Shown: positions 17,905 to 27,207 of the stretch, piece after piece
Position numbering within the stretch: position 1 is the first letter of the stretch
Layout of the letters: each line of letters opens with the position of its first letter
IMG/VR virus record: IMGVR_UViG_3300042553_000273
Span: 1 to 38,380 of that record
Length of the DNA: 38,380 nt
DNA from: a virus
Lineage: Duplodnaviria > Caudoviricetes
Direction: 5' to 3' (one strand)
Position numbers and translations under genes: made by a program
The notes under the pieces: generated by a model
The model's database searches: none
Told to the model about the DNA's origin: nothing
Seen by the model: the letters and a program-made list of their open reading frames with translations, nothing else

Positions 17905-18512
17905 TGTAATTGTGGTAAAAGTTCAACTTCGATAATGTTGCGGCACATTTGTACCCGTTCATAGATGGCATTTATGGTGGCTTCATCATAGTAAATGTCA
18001 AACACCTTCAACCGATATTTGGCTGGGATATTGCTCAGGTCTAACTGAATGCCGCCAAGTTCTTCAGGTGTTGGCATTAGCACGTAAACCAACTGGGCCC
18101 TTTTAAGCCCCAACAGGTGCATGTAGCCCTGCAATTGATACCAATATCCTTTCGGTGGGTTGCGTTCCCACATTGGGAAAGTGAAAACATCCCAAGGGCA
18201 TTTAATATCAACAACGGTGTTGCCGTGAATAACGTCAGGTGTGCCGGTTATAAACTCATTCTCAAAAAAGGTTTCGTTCTTCTCAGGCATAAACCAGTTA
18301 AGGTGCTGCCCGGCGAATTCAATGGCTTCATCTTCGACCAGTCGGCCCTTTTCCATTGGTCGGCTGTCAATCTGCTTGCGCACCCCGTATATCTGCTCGA
18401 CAATCCAATCTTGCAAATATGAATAGCACGTTGCCCCGGCCGTGTCTTTCCCCCTGCCATTGGCCATAATTTGACCAATGGCACTACATCTGATTTTGAA
18501 ATCTTGCATCAC
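17901..18512 (-). CDS. YqaJ/lambda exonuclease-like recombination nuclease
   Basis: KIRCS, MEKGRLVE, TGTPD, DIKC, YWYQLQGYM. Confidence 0.9.
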   Translation of the reverse strand: MMQDFKIRCSAIGQIMANGRGKDTAGATCYSYLQDWIVEQIYGVRKQIDSRPMEKGRLVEDEAIEFAGQHLNWFMPEKNETFFENEFITGTPDVIHGNTVVDIKCPWDVFTFPMWERNPPKGYWYQLQGYMHLLGLKRAQLVYVLMPTPEELGGIQLDLSNIPAKYRLKVFDIYYDEATINAIYERVQMCRNIIEVELLPQLQ

Positions 18513-19150
18513 TTTAATTGTTTGGTGTAAATGTCAATTGCTTTTTTCACTGTTGCCTCATCTTTCGCCCAAGATTTTACATTGATGCAATCGGCATCGT
18601 TAAACGGGTTGGCCTTTTCTTTGCTAACGTCAGGCAGTTGCTGGCTAATGTCGAATAGCGTATTTACCAGTTCTTGCTGCGGATCGGGCAAGGTTAGAAA
18701 ATCAATCACTACTGGTTTGGCCGCAACCTCATAAGTATTGGCATCTGCATCCTTTAGTTCTTCGGTAGGTATCAACAGCATCTGCATCAGGCAGTATTTT
18801 AACGCTGCACTCATGGCTTTGTTTGTTGATTTGTCTGCGCTATCCATTGCCTCGCCTTCGGTAACGCTGGACACAAAGCTGCCGTCCGATGCGTAGAAGG
18901 TAAATTTCACGGTCAAAATGGTGTAAATCAAAACACCGCCTTTGGCTGTTGTGCGTTCTTCACGATGCCGCCCCATTACTTCGCTGGTGATGAACACACC
19001 GTGCTTTGCGAACAATGGGTGAATTGCATTGTAAAGGTCATCAATACCTCTAAAGTTGTAGCCTTGTTGCTGGTTTTTCTTGTTTTTGCCGATTGCACCG
19101 CAGTCCGACATGATTGCCGTTAAGGCTTCAAAGATTGGGGTTGTTTTCAT
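18509..19150 (-). CDS. ERF family ssDNA annealing protein
   Basis: GYNFRGIDD, GEAMDSADKSTNKAMSAALKY, DAD. Confidence 0.92.
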   Translation of the reverse strand: MKTTPIFEALTAIMSDCGAIGKNKKNQQQGYNFRGIDDLYNAIHPLFAKHGVFITSEVMGRHREERTTAKGGVLIYTILTVKFTFYASDGSFVSSVTEGEAMDSADKSTNKAMSAALKYCLMQMLLIPTEELKDADANTYEVAAKPVVIDFLTLPDPQQELVNTLFDISQQLPDVSKEKANPFNDADCINVKSWAKDEATVKKAIDIYTKQLK

Positions 19151-19160
19151 GGGTTTTGTT

Positions 19161-19705
<545 letters not shown>

Positions 19706-19709
<4 letters not shown>

Positions 19710-19900
19710 GGGTGTTGTTTGTAAAAAGTGATTAAATTAGAAAGAACGATGTTTGCTTGCCGCATGACCATTTCGCTTGGCACTAAAGGTGGCTGCGACC
19801 TGAAGGTGGCAAATAGTATCGGGCGACCTTTGTCGGGCTTGCCGATAATTTGAATTTTGCTGCCGCCAACAAGCGGCGATTCGATTAAGGTTATTTTCAT
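19706..19900 (-). CDS. Small hypothetical protein
   Basis: Likely start MKITLIE at 19900; the track's TTG start lies inside the promoter box. Confidence 0.6.
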
Positions 19901-19921
19901 GGGATGTGTTATTTTGTTCTG

Positions 19922-20001
19922 CAAACCTAATAGTTATTTCAACACGAAATCAACAACAAGTGTTAAAAAGTGTTAAAACAAAAAAGCCCCGATGTGGGGC
20001 T
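19922..20001 (-). promoter_or_regulatory. Cassette B: terminator + tandem boxes + promoter of the recombination operon
   Basis: AGCCCC-GATGT-GGGGCT hairpin; GTGTTAAAA twice at 10-bp period; TTCGTGTTGA-N9-TAGGTTTG. Confidence 0.8.
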
Positions 20002-20038
20002 GTTGTAACAAATAAAGTATTAATTCGTTTCTAAGGGC

Positions 20039-20461
20039 TTATTCTTTGATTTTCGATACAATGCCCTTGCCCTTGCGAATGATGTCGTATAACCGCTTTA
20101 AAAGCGTTGTGCCTGTCATTTTTTCGATATTCTCATCTATGCTCTTAAACTCAATACCGATTAACGCAACGCCTACCGCTTTGGTCAGCACAAAAGATGT
20201 ATTCACGAACTGGCCAAGAAGGTCGCCTACAATGAAAACGTCCATCACGAAGAAGGTCAGGACCACCGATTGGTACATCACCATCTTCCAAACTACCTTG
20301 CTCAGTTTCTTGCTTTCGATTTTCTCGCCCGATTTCTGGGCGGCCATAACCCCAAGCAAGGTGTCAAGGGTAATGAATGCCCCAACTGCTAACATGATGC
20401 CAGCAACTGGTGCAAAAAATGCAAGTATTGATGCCGAAATATATGCAAAGGTAGATTTCAT
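20039..20461 (-). CDS. Holin (Phage_holin_4_1-like)
   Basis: Three TM segments; DTLLGV..A, IESKKL, EFKSIDEN. Confidence 0.85.
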   Translation of the reverse strand: MKSTFAYISASILAFFAPVAGIMLAVGAFITLDTLLGVMAAQKSGEKIESKKLSKVVWKMVMYQSVVLTFFVMDVFIVGDLLGQFVNTSFVLTKAVGVALIGIEFKSIDENIEKMTGTTLLKRLYDIIRKGKGIVSKIKE

Positions 20462-20462
20462 T

Positions 20463-21473
20463 TTAAGGGATATTTACTCGGTTCACGACCATTGGGGTAC
20501 AGGTGTAACACCTATCATTCGGCAACCGCAAATTAGCCAACAAGGTCTGCATTTCGCTGTTGTAATACTGAACGTAAAGGCTGCGCTTTTCGTTAGCGTC
20601 TTCTTTGTTAATCGTGGTTACGTTGTTTAGCCTGTCGCTGAACAAGATTTCATCCATCAATTCAACCCCCGAAGCGTATAGCATTGCCCTGCGAAGCCGA
20701 TTTGAAAATTGGCAAAGCCAAGTATTGTCATCGCATTCGATAGAATAGTTAAGGCTAACTCCGTGCGTGTAACCAATCCCCACCAAATTTGTGTCAGTCA
20801 AAGAACCCGTTTTGCTTGTTTCAACCGCACGGGTAAACAACAAGTCGCTGAATCTTGACCGCCGCCCTTTGGTGCAGCTTGCACAGGCGGTTGGGTTTAT
20901 CCAAGTGTCGAAGGCGGCAGATAAGCCAGCGTCAACGGCAACCATCAAATGTAAATCTTGGCCGTTTGTAGGGTAGCTTTTATTTATCAGAACCTCGGTA
21001 ATCTGCCCAGCAACTGAAGTGAATGGTATGGTATCGATAATCGTGCCCTGAATAATGTCGATAATGTAGATGTTGTCGGTAACCGCCCCAGCGAAGAATA
21101 TCGAAACGCTGTTTAGGTTTAATTTAAGATATGGGTAATCGCTAACCAATATCTCAACCCCAGCATATTTACCAACCTTGGCGGCATCGTTTACCTTATT
21201 CTCATCGAAAAATCCGATTGTGCCTTTGTCAACCACCGAATTGAACCGACCTTTGATGTCCATAAAAGAACGAAAATCGCTGACAATCTTATCCCCGGCA
21301 CGTTCAACGGCGGCGGTCATTACATCGTAGCCACTGGATTGCTGGGCATCGCTTACGTAGTCGGCTTGGTATAAGTCAAAGCCTGGCAGCGTTGCCAATG
21401 ACACCTTGTTACTTGGCGTTGACGTGCATCCATCGGGCACGAATATCAAATCGGTTAGACAGGTAGTTGGCAT
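20463..21473 (-). CDS. Putative head-tail adaptor/structural protein
   Basis: Downstream of the capsid gene; Cys-containing, SDRLN motif, CYTC near the C-terminus. Confidence 0.55.
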   Translation of the reverse strand: MPTTCLTDLIFVPDGCTSTPSNKVSLATLPGFDLYQADYVSDAQQSSGYDVMTAAVERAGDKIVSDFRSFMDIKGRFNSVVDKGTIGFFDENKVNDAAKVGKYAGVEILVSDYPYLKLNLNSVSIFFAGAVTDNIYIIDIIQGTIIDTIPFTSVAGQITEVLINKSYPTNGQDLHLMVAVDAGLSAAFDTWINPTACASCTKGRRSRFSDLLFTRAVETSKTGSLTDTNLVGIGYTHGVSLNYSIECDDNTWLCQFSNRLRRAMLYASGVELMDEILFSDRLNNVTTINKEDANEKRSLYVQYYNSEMQTLLANLRLPNDRCYTCTPMVVNRVNIP

Positions 21474-21482
21474 AATGAAAAA

Positions 21483-21551
21483 TTATCGACCACCACAGTT
21501 ACACCCTCCGGGCCGTGATGTCGGTTTTGGTTTTGGCTTGTATTTTTTCAT
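21483..21551 (-). CDS. 22-aa basic peptide MKKYKPKPKPTSRPGGCNCGGR
   Basis: Translated by hand; fills the gap between the capsid terminator and the adaptor gene. Confidence 0.55.
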   Translation of the reverse strand: MKKYKPKPKPTSRPGGCNCGGR

Positions 21552-21556
21552 AGGTT

Positions 21557-21588
21557 AAAAATAAGGGGGGATTGCTCCCCCCGTTATT
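21557..21588 (-). terminator. Intrinsic terminator after the capsid gene
   Basis: GGGGGG-ATTGCT-CCCCCC stem with an A/T tail. Confidence 0.75.
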
Positions 21589-21605
21589 TGTGAATTGCAG
21601 GCAGA

Positions 21606-22673
21606 TTAAACTCCTACGAATTTCAAGATGCCGTTAACACCTTCCAAGCGGTCTCCTGCTTGGTACATGTCAGCAGGTAAGAAAATGAAGTCGTGGTTTA
21701 ACGCAACTTCAAAGTTCCACACCTTTTGGTCTGCACCGTTGCAAGTGTACTCGGCACGGTAGTCGAAAGTCAATGGCAAGTTCGGATCAGGATGCTGAAG
21801 CGTTCCCTGAACAAGCGTGCTGTCGTTCATCTCCAAAATACCTTTGAATTCGTTGAACGAAATCATTTGAACGGCTCCGGGGATGATGCTGTAAGCAGCA
21901 GTTGGGGCTGTGTCATTCAGCTGGATTCTGCGGTCGTAACCGTAGGTGATGCCAGCTTGCTGGGCATAAAGACCAGTTGACAAACCTCCATCAGTAAATG
22001 CAGGGGGCGCAGCAGCGTTCAACGCTTTGATGTACTTCCACCAAGTTTCACCGCCGAAAACGTAAGGCATTCCGTTGAATTCGTTAGCCATGTTCTCGAA
22101 AGCAATTACTTCGGTAGCGTCATAGTTGGGACCGCCAGCAGTCAAAACCGTATCAGCGTTTTTGAACAATGAAGTTCCAGCTGGGTTTCCATTATCAACG
22201 TCAGAAGCGAAGTTACCGCTGTTGGCGATGATTTGGATGGCTGCATTGGTTGCAACTTTACGGGCCAAAACGTCCATCATTTTGAACACCTCTTTTGCGA
22301 TGTAGTTGGTGTCGGCCTCGCAGCGTTCTTCTAACTCAGAAGCAGTTAGTTTGAAACCAACGTGGTAACCGTCAGAAGGGGTAAGCGAATACAAAACCGA
22401 AGTTTCGCCATCGTTAGACCAAGTTCCGCAAGTTACACGACCGCCGTCCTGAACCATAGATTCCAAGAAACGCTGGCCGTAAACTACCTCAACTGTTTTG
22501 CGACCGTGGTCACGAAAGTTAAGCTGGTTTTGGATAACGTCCGACCGGTTTGGCGCAGATAAGATAAAAGAAAGCAAGGGCAAAGCCTCTGCCTTCAAAT
22601 TGTCAACCCCGAAGGAGTCGAAAAGGGATAGCTGCACATTTGGGCAAGCTATAAATGAAGATAATGCTGACAT
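21606..22673 (-). CDS. Major capsid protein (probable)
   Basis: 355 aa, downstream of portal and scaffold, own promoter and terminator, strongly biased codons, ends GVNGILKF. Confidence 0.75.
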   Translation of the reverse strand: MSALSSFIACPNVQLSLFDSFGVDNLKAEALPLLSFILSAPNRSDVIQNQLNFRDHGRKTVEVVYGQRFLESMVQDGGRVTCGTWSNDGETSVLYSLTPSDGYHVGFKLTASELEERCEADTNYIAKEVFKMMDVLARKVATNAAIQIIANSGNFASDVDNGNPAGTSLFKNADTVLTAGGPNYDATEVIAFENMANEFNGMPYVFGGETWWKYIKALNAAAPPAFTDGGLSTGLYAQQAGITYGYDRRIQLNDTAPTAAYSIIPGAVQMISFNEFKGILEMNDSTLVQGTLQHPDPNLPLTFDYRAEYTCNGADQKVWNFEVALNHDFIFLPADMYQAGDRLEGVNGILKFVGV

Positions 22674-22704
22674 TGTATTTGTTTTTAATTGTCAATTTGT
22701 TTGT

Positions 22705-22773
22705 GTTACCTACTTTTTCGGGGGTAACTTTGCCCGACTTTTGCGCCATTTTGGCTCGGCAGCGCAGCCGACT
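22705..22773 (-). ncRNA. Tandem H-type pseudoknots in the capsid 5' leader
   Basis: PK1: UCGGC/GCCGA + GCGCU/GGCGC. PK2: UCGGG/CCCGA + GUUACC/GGUAAC. Begins just after the TAAATTTG box (22778-22785). Confidence 0.55.
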
Positions 22774-22830
22774 AACACAAATTTACCAACAATGTATCAA
22801 ATGCATTGTTTTTTTTCACAATTTTGCGTT

Positions 22831-23118
22831 ATGGAGAATGAAATACAACAACCCAGCAAGCCCGTCATCACGTTTTTTGAACAATACGGGGGTAGAAATT
22901 GCCCAGACGGCGAACCAACCAGCAACTATCAATGCGCACCAAGGGGGCATCACAACAGCATCAAAGCCTCATACAGCAAACGCATCGAATTTGCCGTTGA
23001 AATGTATGATGAACTGCGGCGGCACGGTATGAATCGGTACCAAGCAGCCACCGAAGCGGCAACCGCCTACGATATTAACGAAGATAAGTTGCTGCGGATT
23101 GCCCGAAAAACGCTATAA
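22831..23118 (+). CDS. Small protein with an HTH-like C-terminus
   Basis: MENEIQQP...GMNRYQAATEAATAYDINEDKLLRI; -7-like box CAATTTTG 4 nt upstream. Confidence 0.6.
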   Translation: MENEIQQPSKPVITFFEQYGGRNCPDGEPTSNYQCAPRGHHNSIKASYSKRIEFAVEMYDELRRHGMNRYQAATEAATAYDINEDKLLRIARKTL

Positions 23119-23136
23119 TGGGGTAAAACTACCGCC

Positions 23137-23259
23137 ATGCCGTTCAAAAGTGAAGCCCAGCGAAAATTCTTGTACGCCACCAACCCAAAATTGGCTGCTG
23201 AATTCGAAAAGAAAACCCCAAAGGGCATGAAGTTGCCGAATAAATCGGCTAAGAAGTAG
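23137..23259 (+). CDS. 40-aa basic peptide (MPFKS type)
   Basis: MPFKSEAQRKFLYATNPKLAAEFEKKTPKGMKLPNKSAKK; below the track's length cutoff; pattern recalled from aquatic phages. Confidence 0.75.
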   Translation: MPFKSEAQRKFLYATNPKLAAEFEKKTPKGMKLPNKSAKK

Positions 23260-23434
23260 GGGTTATATTGCCCTCAATATCAATAAAACTGTTAATCGTG
23301 TTGATGTGAAAGCCTGCGGTCAACAGCATACCCCGTAATGACTGAATAATGTCCTCAATGCCAGCATCGTTTGGCAGTTCTGTCGATACTTCAATATCGT
23401 AGCTTCTAATTGTAATTTTCATGTTGTCGTGCAT
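23249..23434 (-). CDS. Small hypothetical protein
   Basis: MKITIRSYD...LLTAGFH (start may be 23422); TAGATTTG box at 23451-23458. Confidence 0.65.
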   Translation of the reverse strand: MHDNMKITIRSYDIEVSTELPNDAGIEDIIQSLRGMLLTAGFHINTINSFIDIEGNITPTS

Positions 23435-23615
23435 GGCAGAATCTTTTAATCAAATCTACAACTTTTGCCACTATTTACGCTTACTGGCAATTTTAAGCCC
23501 CTCACCAATGGTGAGATAATTCGCCAAAAGGTAAAGAATAATTGACCTTTGGCGAAATATACCCTATCGGTGATTGTTTCGCATCTATTGGTTTGGTTTG
23601 CACCCGAACGGGCAT

Positions 23616-23643
23616 AAAAAAGCCCCACCGAAGTAGGGCTGTT
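23616..23643 (-). terminator. Terminator; exact 28-bp copy of 23933-23960
   Basis: AAAAAAGCCCCACCGAAGTAGGGCTGTT. Confidence 0.85.
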
Positions 23644-23658
23644 GCGCCTATACATTAG

Positions 23659-23856
23659 TTAGCATCCATCATCAAGATAGCTTTCTACTATTTCATAATG
23701 ATATTCAGAAAAGCTACTTTTACAATCTTCTAAAATAGATTCGAGAAGATAACGTTTGCTAACACTAAATAAAAGCAATAACTGCTCTTGTGCTTGTGTT
23801 ACAGATATTTGTCCATCATTTAGCTGTGTGCATATTTTATAAATTTCTTCTTTCAT
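23659..23856 (-). CDS. Small AT-rich accessory (moron) protein
   Basis: Own promoter, flanked by identical terminators. Confidence 0.7.
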   Translation of the reverse strand: MKEEIYKICTQLNDGQISVTQAQEQLLLLFSVSKRYLLESILEDCKSSFSEYHYEIVESYLDDGC

Positions 23857-23884
23857 ATCGTTGTTTTAAAAAAAATTGTTAAGG

Positions 23885-23960
23885 CAAACTTACAAACTAT
23901 TTCAATACGAAGGTGTTAAAAGGTGTTAAAACAAAAAAGCCCCACCGAAGTAGGGCTGTT
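23885..23960 (-). promoter_or_regulatory. Cassette C: terminator + tandem boxes + promoter
   Basis: GGTGTTAAAA twice (23912-23931); TTCGTATTGA-N9-TAAGTTTG. Confidence 0.8.
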
Positions 23961-23977
23961 TGATAATTTCAGGCCGC

Positions 23978-24787
23978 TTAGATTTTGATGCCTTGGGCCC
24001 TTGCCTTTGCCAGCCATGCCTCCTTGGCTGCGGCAACCGCCGGGTTCATTTCTTTGCCGTTAACCGTTGTGGTCGTGTTCTGCTTGCCGTTTGCACCTTG
24101 GCCGCCGTTGTTCAGCTTGTAACGCTTGGTGTCCTTCAAGGTCTTTTCAAACAATTGTTCGGCAGTCAATTGCGAAGTTGTGCCGCCTGTTACGATGTTG
24201 CCATCCATGTCGTACACCAGTAGCTTGCCGTTCTCCTTGCGAAAATCGTACTTGCCTTGGATTTGCGTCAGCCATACACCTTGTTTAACAATGGCATCAG
24301 CGTCATCAACCCAGTTGCTGGCATCGAATAAGCGTGTAACCTCGGCCTCGGTCTGAGCCTTTTCAAGTTGCTTAACAGCATCCGACTTGGCATTTTCAAC
24401 AGCCGCAAGCAACTCGGCCTCTTTAGCCTTTGCCGCCTCGGTCATTTCCCGAAGTTGGTCACGTTCTTTTTTGATTTGCTCAATATCGGGCTGCGACTTG
24501 CCAGCCTCAATAGCTGCGGCCAATTGTTCGTTTAAGCTTTGCATCTTGGCTGGCACAAGTTCTACCAATTCATCGAAGGATTTGCCTTTGCCTTCATCAC
24601 CAATCAATGCCTTTAGCTTGTTTTCGGCTGTGCCCCGTGCTTTGCCAAAGGTGGCGTTGATTTCTTTTAGGTGGGTTTCACGGTCGATAAAGCGTTCGCC
24701 AAGGGCAGTCCTGATCGTGTCCTCATTCGCATCTTCGGCAATTTGAATGCCAGTCAGTTTTTCAAAGATTTCCTTATTGATTTCCAT
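23978..24787 (-). CDS. Capsid scaffolding protein (probable)
   Basis: Coiled coil, E/K-rich, Gly/Asn-rich C-terminal linker; between portal and capsid. Confidence 0.7.
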   Translation of the reverse strand: MEINKEIFEKLTGIQIAEDANEDTIRTALGERFIDRETHLKEINATFGKARGTAENKLKALIGDEGKGKSFDELVELVPAKMQSLNEQLAAAIEAGKSQPDIEQIKKERDQLREMTEAAKAKEAELLAAVENAKSDAVKQLEKAQTEAEVTRLFDASNWVDDADAIVKQGVWLTQIQGKYDFRKENGKLLVYDMDGNIVTGGTTSQLTAEQLFEKTLKDTKRYKLNNGGQGANGKQNTTTTVNGKEMNPAVAAAKEAWLAKARAQGIKI

Positions 24788-25172
24788 TGCTTGTTGATTT
24801 TTGGTTACGTGATTTTTTGCTACCTTCTAACTGCGCTTGCAGTTCGGCAATTCTCGCCTGAAGTTCGGCCTCTTTGCGTTCAGCATCGGTTAGCCTGTTT
24901 TCAAGCGAAGTCAGTAGTTGGGTTTGCTGTTCGGCTTGGTCGATAAACTTGCGGTCAATGTTGTACCCGTTGAAGTTCTTGGCTTCCCAATCCTCAACAA
25001 GCATATAACCCAATGCGCCGAATTTGGCTTTCATTTCGGCTATCTTTGGCCATGCCCGTTTTGGGACTTCAAGTTTTCTGCCAAAGTTGGCTGGTTTGCC
25101 GGGATTATGCGTCCTTTCGGCTTGGTGTTTCGCCACACGGATGAAGGTGTAGCTTTCTCGAATTTGCGTCAT
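24774..25172 (-). CDS. Hypothetical head-module protein with a C-terminal coiled coil
   Basis: Between portal and scaffold. Confidence 0.7.
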   Translation of the reverse strand: MTQIRESYTFIRVAKHQAERTHNPGKPANFGRKLEVPKRAWPKIAEMKAKFGALGYMLVEDWEAKNFNGYNIDRKFIDQAEQQTQLLTSLENRLTDAERKEAELQARIAELQAQLEGSKKSRNQKSTSNGNQ

Positions 25173-25185
25173 ATTTTAGCGTTTA

Positions 25186-27177
25186 TTACGCTAAGTTAAG
25201 ACCTTCATCTGAATTAGGCAACTGTGGTGTACCAAGTTCACGTCTTGCTTGTTCTTCGCTAATGCCGTACATTCTTGTCACGAACGAAATGGCCGCCTCC
25301 AAATCGTAAACACCGGACGCAACCGCCTTGGCGATTTCGATGAAGCCAGTCAGTCCGCCTACGGTTTTGCTCAGTTCTGTACCTCCTAACATAGCCTGTC
25401 CGTCAATTTGTTTAGGCATAAACGGCTCGGCAATTGAAGTCGCAATACCAAGAACGATTTCACGCTGCTGCGCTGTTTCAAGTTCATCAAAATTCTCGTT
25501 CTCATCGTATGCCTGATTCAAGATAGTTACAAAGCTATTATGCAGAATGACCTCGGCCTCGGTTGCTGTGCTGCCCAACATACCCCTAACTGTCAGGTCA
25601 TCTTTTGACCAAAGCCTGTCAAGTTTGATTTGCAGCTTAATCATTCGCTCAACCTTTGGCGAAGCGTTGAACCTCGTGCCGACATATTGGTAAAGCAAAG
25701 ATGCGACTGCGCTGTCCGGTAGTGACTGGTCTTTGGCCGTGCCTATTTCGCTGGTAATGTCCTCGTAGCTTCTAAAGTTAAACGAAGTCGGTACTTGGAT
25801 GCTTGGCTTTTCAAAGGCAGCACCATAACGCATCCAGCCGATTGCCTCGATTGCCATGTCCATTAACGCAAATAACTCACGGGCAAACTGCACCATGAAG
25901 GTCTGCCATTCCTCCTTCTCAATTTGCTTGCCTGTTGCCGTTGCTGAATTGGCTTGTTCGGGTTCAAAAAACATACCAAAAGCCGACCGCCTACGTGCTT
26001 CGATTTGGTCGCTGGTGTACTTTAGAATTTCACTTGGTGGCGCAGCAAATTGAACGGGCGGTGACATTGCCAGTTGATTGGTTTCGCCCATTCGGGTTGT
26101 GGCCGCTACTTCGTATATCCCCGTTGGGCTGTGGTTTAGATTCTTGCCGGTCCCGTTACATTTGCCGCAGGCAGAATATCCGTTTGATTCGTTGTTCCAA
26201 ACCTGACCGCCATCGCAGCCAGCGGCATCGCACCTATCAACAACGGCAATGATAATCGGGAAAGCCAAACGGTATGTTGACATCATTAGGTTGCTTTCCA
26301 GCCGAATAACCGTGTTAAGGTGTGGGATTGCATCGGCAAAGGCAGAACGATATAGCACCTCGCCATCCTTCATCTCAGGCTTGCCGCCAAGTTTCCATGC
26401 TGGCAGATAGCCCCAGCCGTGCCGAAATACTTCAACCACTTCAAAGGTCAGGTTGCCTTTGGCATCTTTGCCGTTTACATAGGCTTCGTAAATAGATAGC
26501 TTATCCACATATTTAAAGCCCATTTTATCCCCATCCTTGCCGTTCCAAAGCAATGCATACTCCCCAGCCTTGTAACCAGCAATGTACTTTTCTTCGTAGA
26601 TTTTGGCTACTGGTGAAACCAACTCCGACTGGTCCACCACTTCGTATTCGTTGCCTTCTTCATCAATGCTGACTTTCATCGGCAGATATTCTGGGCATAC
26701 CAATAGCAACTGGTTAGGGTAGTTTATCTTGCGTTCACGAACAATGTCAAAAAAGTAGGCTTCGATTGAATAGTATTCGGGGTAAAGCCCGTAGAAATAC
26801 TCCTTCTGCTCATCGTTTGGCCACTCAATTGAATAGTTTTGGCTGTTTGCAACCGCCTTGGTTCTGTTTAATGCCCGATTCCATTCGGTGTTGGTCGTTG
26901 GTTCATACAGCCCCTTTTGGTATTCCCATTCTTCGGGCTGCTGGTTCGGTGCTTTTGACCGCAGGATTTCGTATGGAAATTGGTTTGCTTCAGCATGTAC
27001 ACAAACTGCGTTATGTTCACGGATTGTGTACGGGTATATCTCGGTGAACTCAGGTAAACTTTCGTAGTATGCCTCAGTTTGAAAGGTTTTGTCGTACTTG
27101 CTGGGCATCCCAACAATGCTGCGCTTTTTACGAATTTCTTTTGCTGCGTGGTCAATTAGGGCGAAAATATCTGCCAT
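25186..27177 (-). CDS. Portal protein (probable) with a DnaJ-type zinc-finger insertion
   Basis: 663 aa; HGWGYLPAWKL, FADAIPHLN, SATATGKQIE portal-like segments; CDAAGCDGG...CGKCNGTG. Confidence 0.8.
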   Translation of the reverse strand: MADIFALIDHAAKEIRKKRSIVGMPSKYDKTFQTEAYYESLPEFTEIYPYTIREHNAVCVHAEANQFPYEILRSKAPNQQPEEWEYQKGLYEPTTNTEWNRALNRTKAVANSQNYSIEWPNDEQKEYFYGLYPEYYSIEAYFFDIVRERKINYPNQLLLVCPEYLPMKVSIDEEGNEYEVVDQSELVSPVAKIYEEKYIAGYKAGEYALLWNGKDGDKMGFKYVDKLSIYEAYVNGKDAKGNLTFEVVEVFRHGWGYLPAWKLGGKPEMKDGEVLYRSAFADAIPHLNTVIRLESNLMMSTYRLAFPIIIAVVDRCDAAGCDGGQVWNNESNGYSACGKCNGTGKNLNHSPTGIYEVAATTRMGETNQLAMSPPVQFAAPPSEILKYTSDQIEARRRSAFGMFFEPEQANSATATGKQIEKEEWQTFMVQFARELFALMDMAIEAIGWMRYGAAFEKPSIQVPTSFNFRSYEDITSEIGTAKDQSLPDSAVASLLYQYVGTRFNASPKVERMIKLQIKLDRLWSKDDLTVRGMLGSTATEAEVILHNSFVTILNQAYDENENFDELETAQQREIVLGIATSIAEPFMPKQIDGQAMLGGTELSKTVGGLTGFIEIAKAVASGVYDLEAAISFVTRMYGISEEQARRELGTPQLPNSDEGLNLA

Positions 27178-27207
27178 GTGGCTTGTTTTTTGATAAAAAT
27201 ACGCAAT

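Noticed and set aside
22498-22830. Long N-terminal extension of ORF 22498..23118, and ORF 22655..23032
   Set aside because: They overlap the capsid gene and its leader; the ATG at 22831 has its own promoter box.
23446-23655. 69-aa minus-strand ORF
   Set aside because: It runs through a terminator and palindromes and has no protein-like features.
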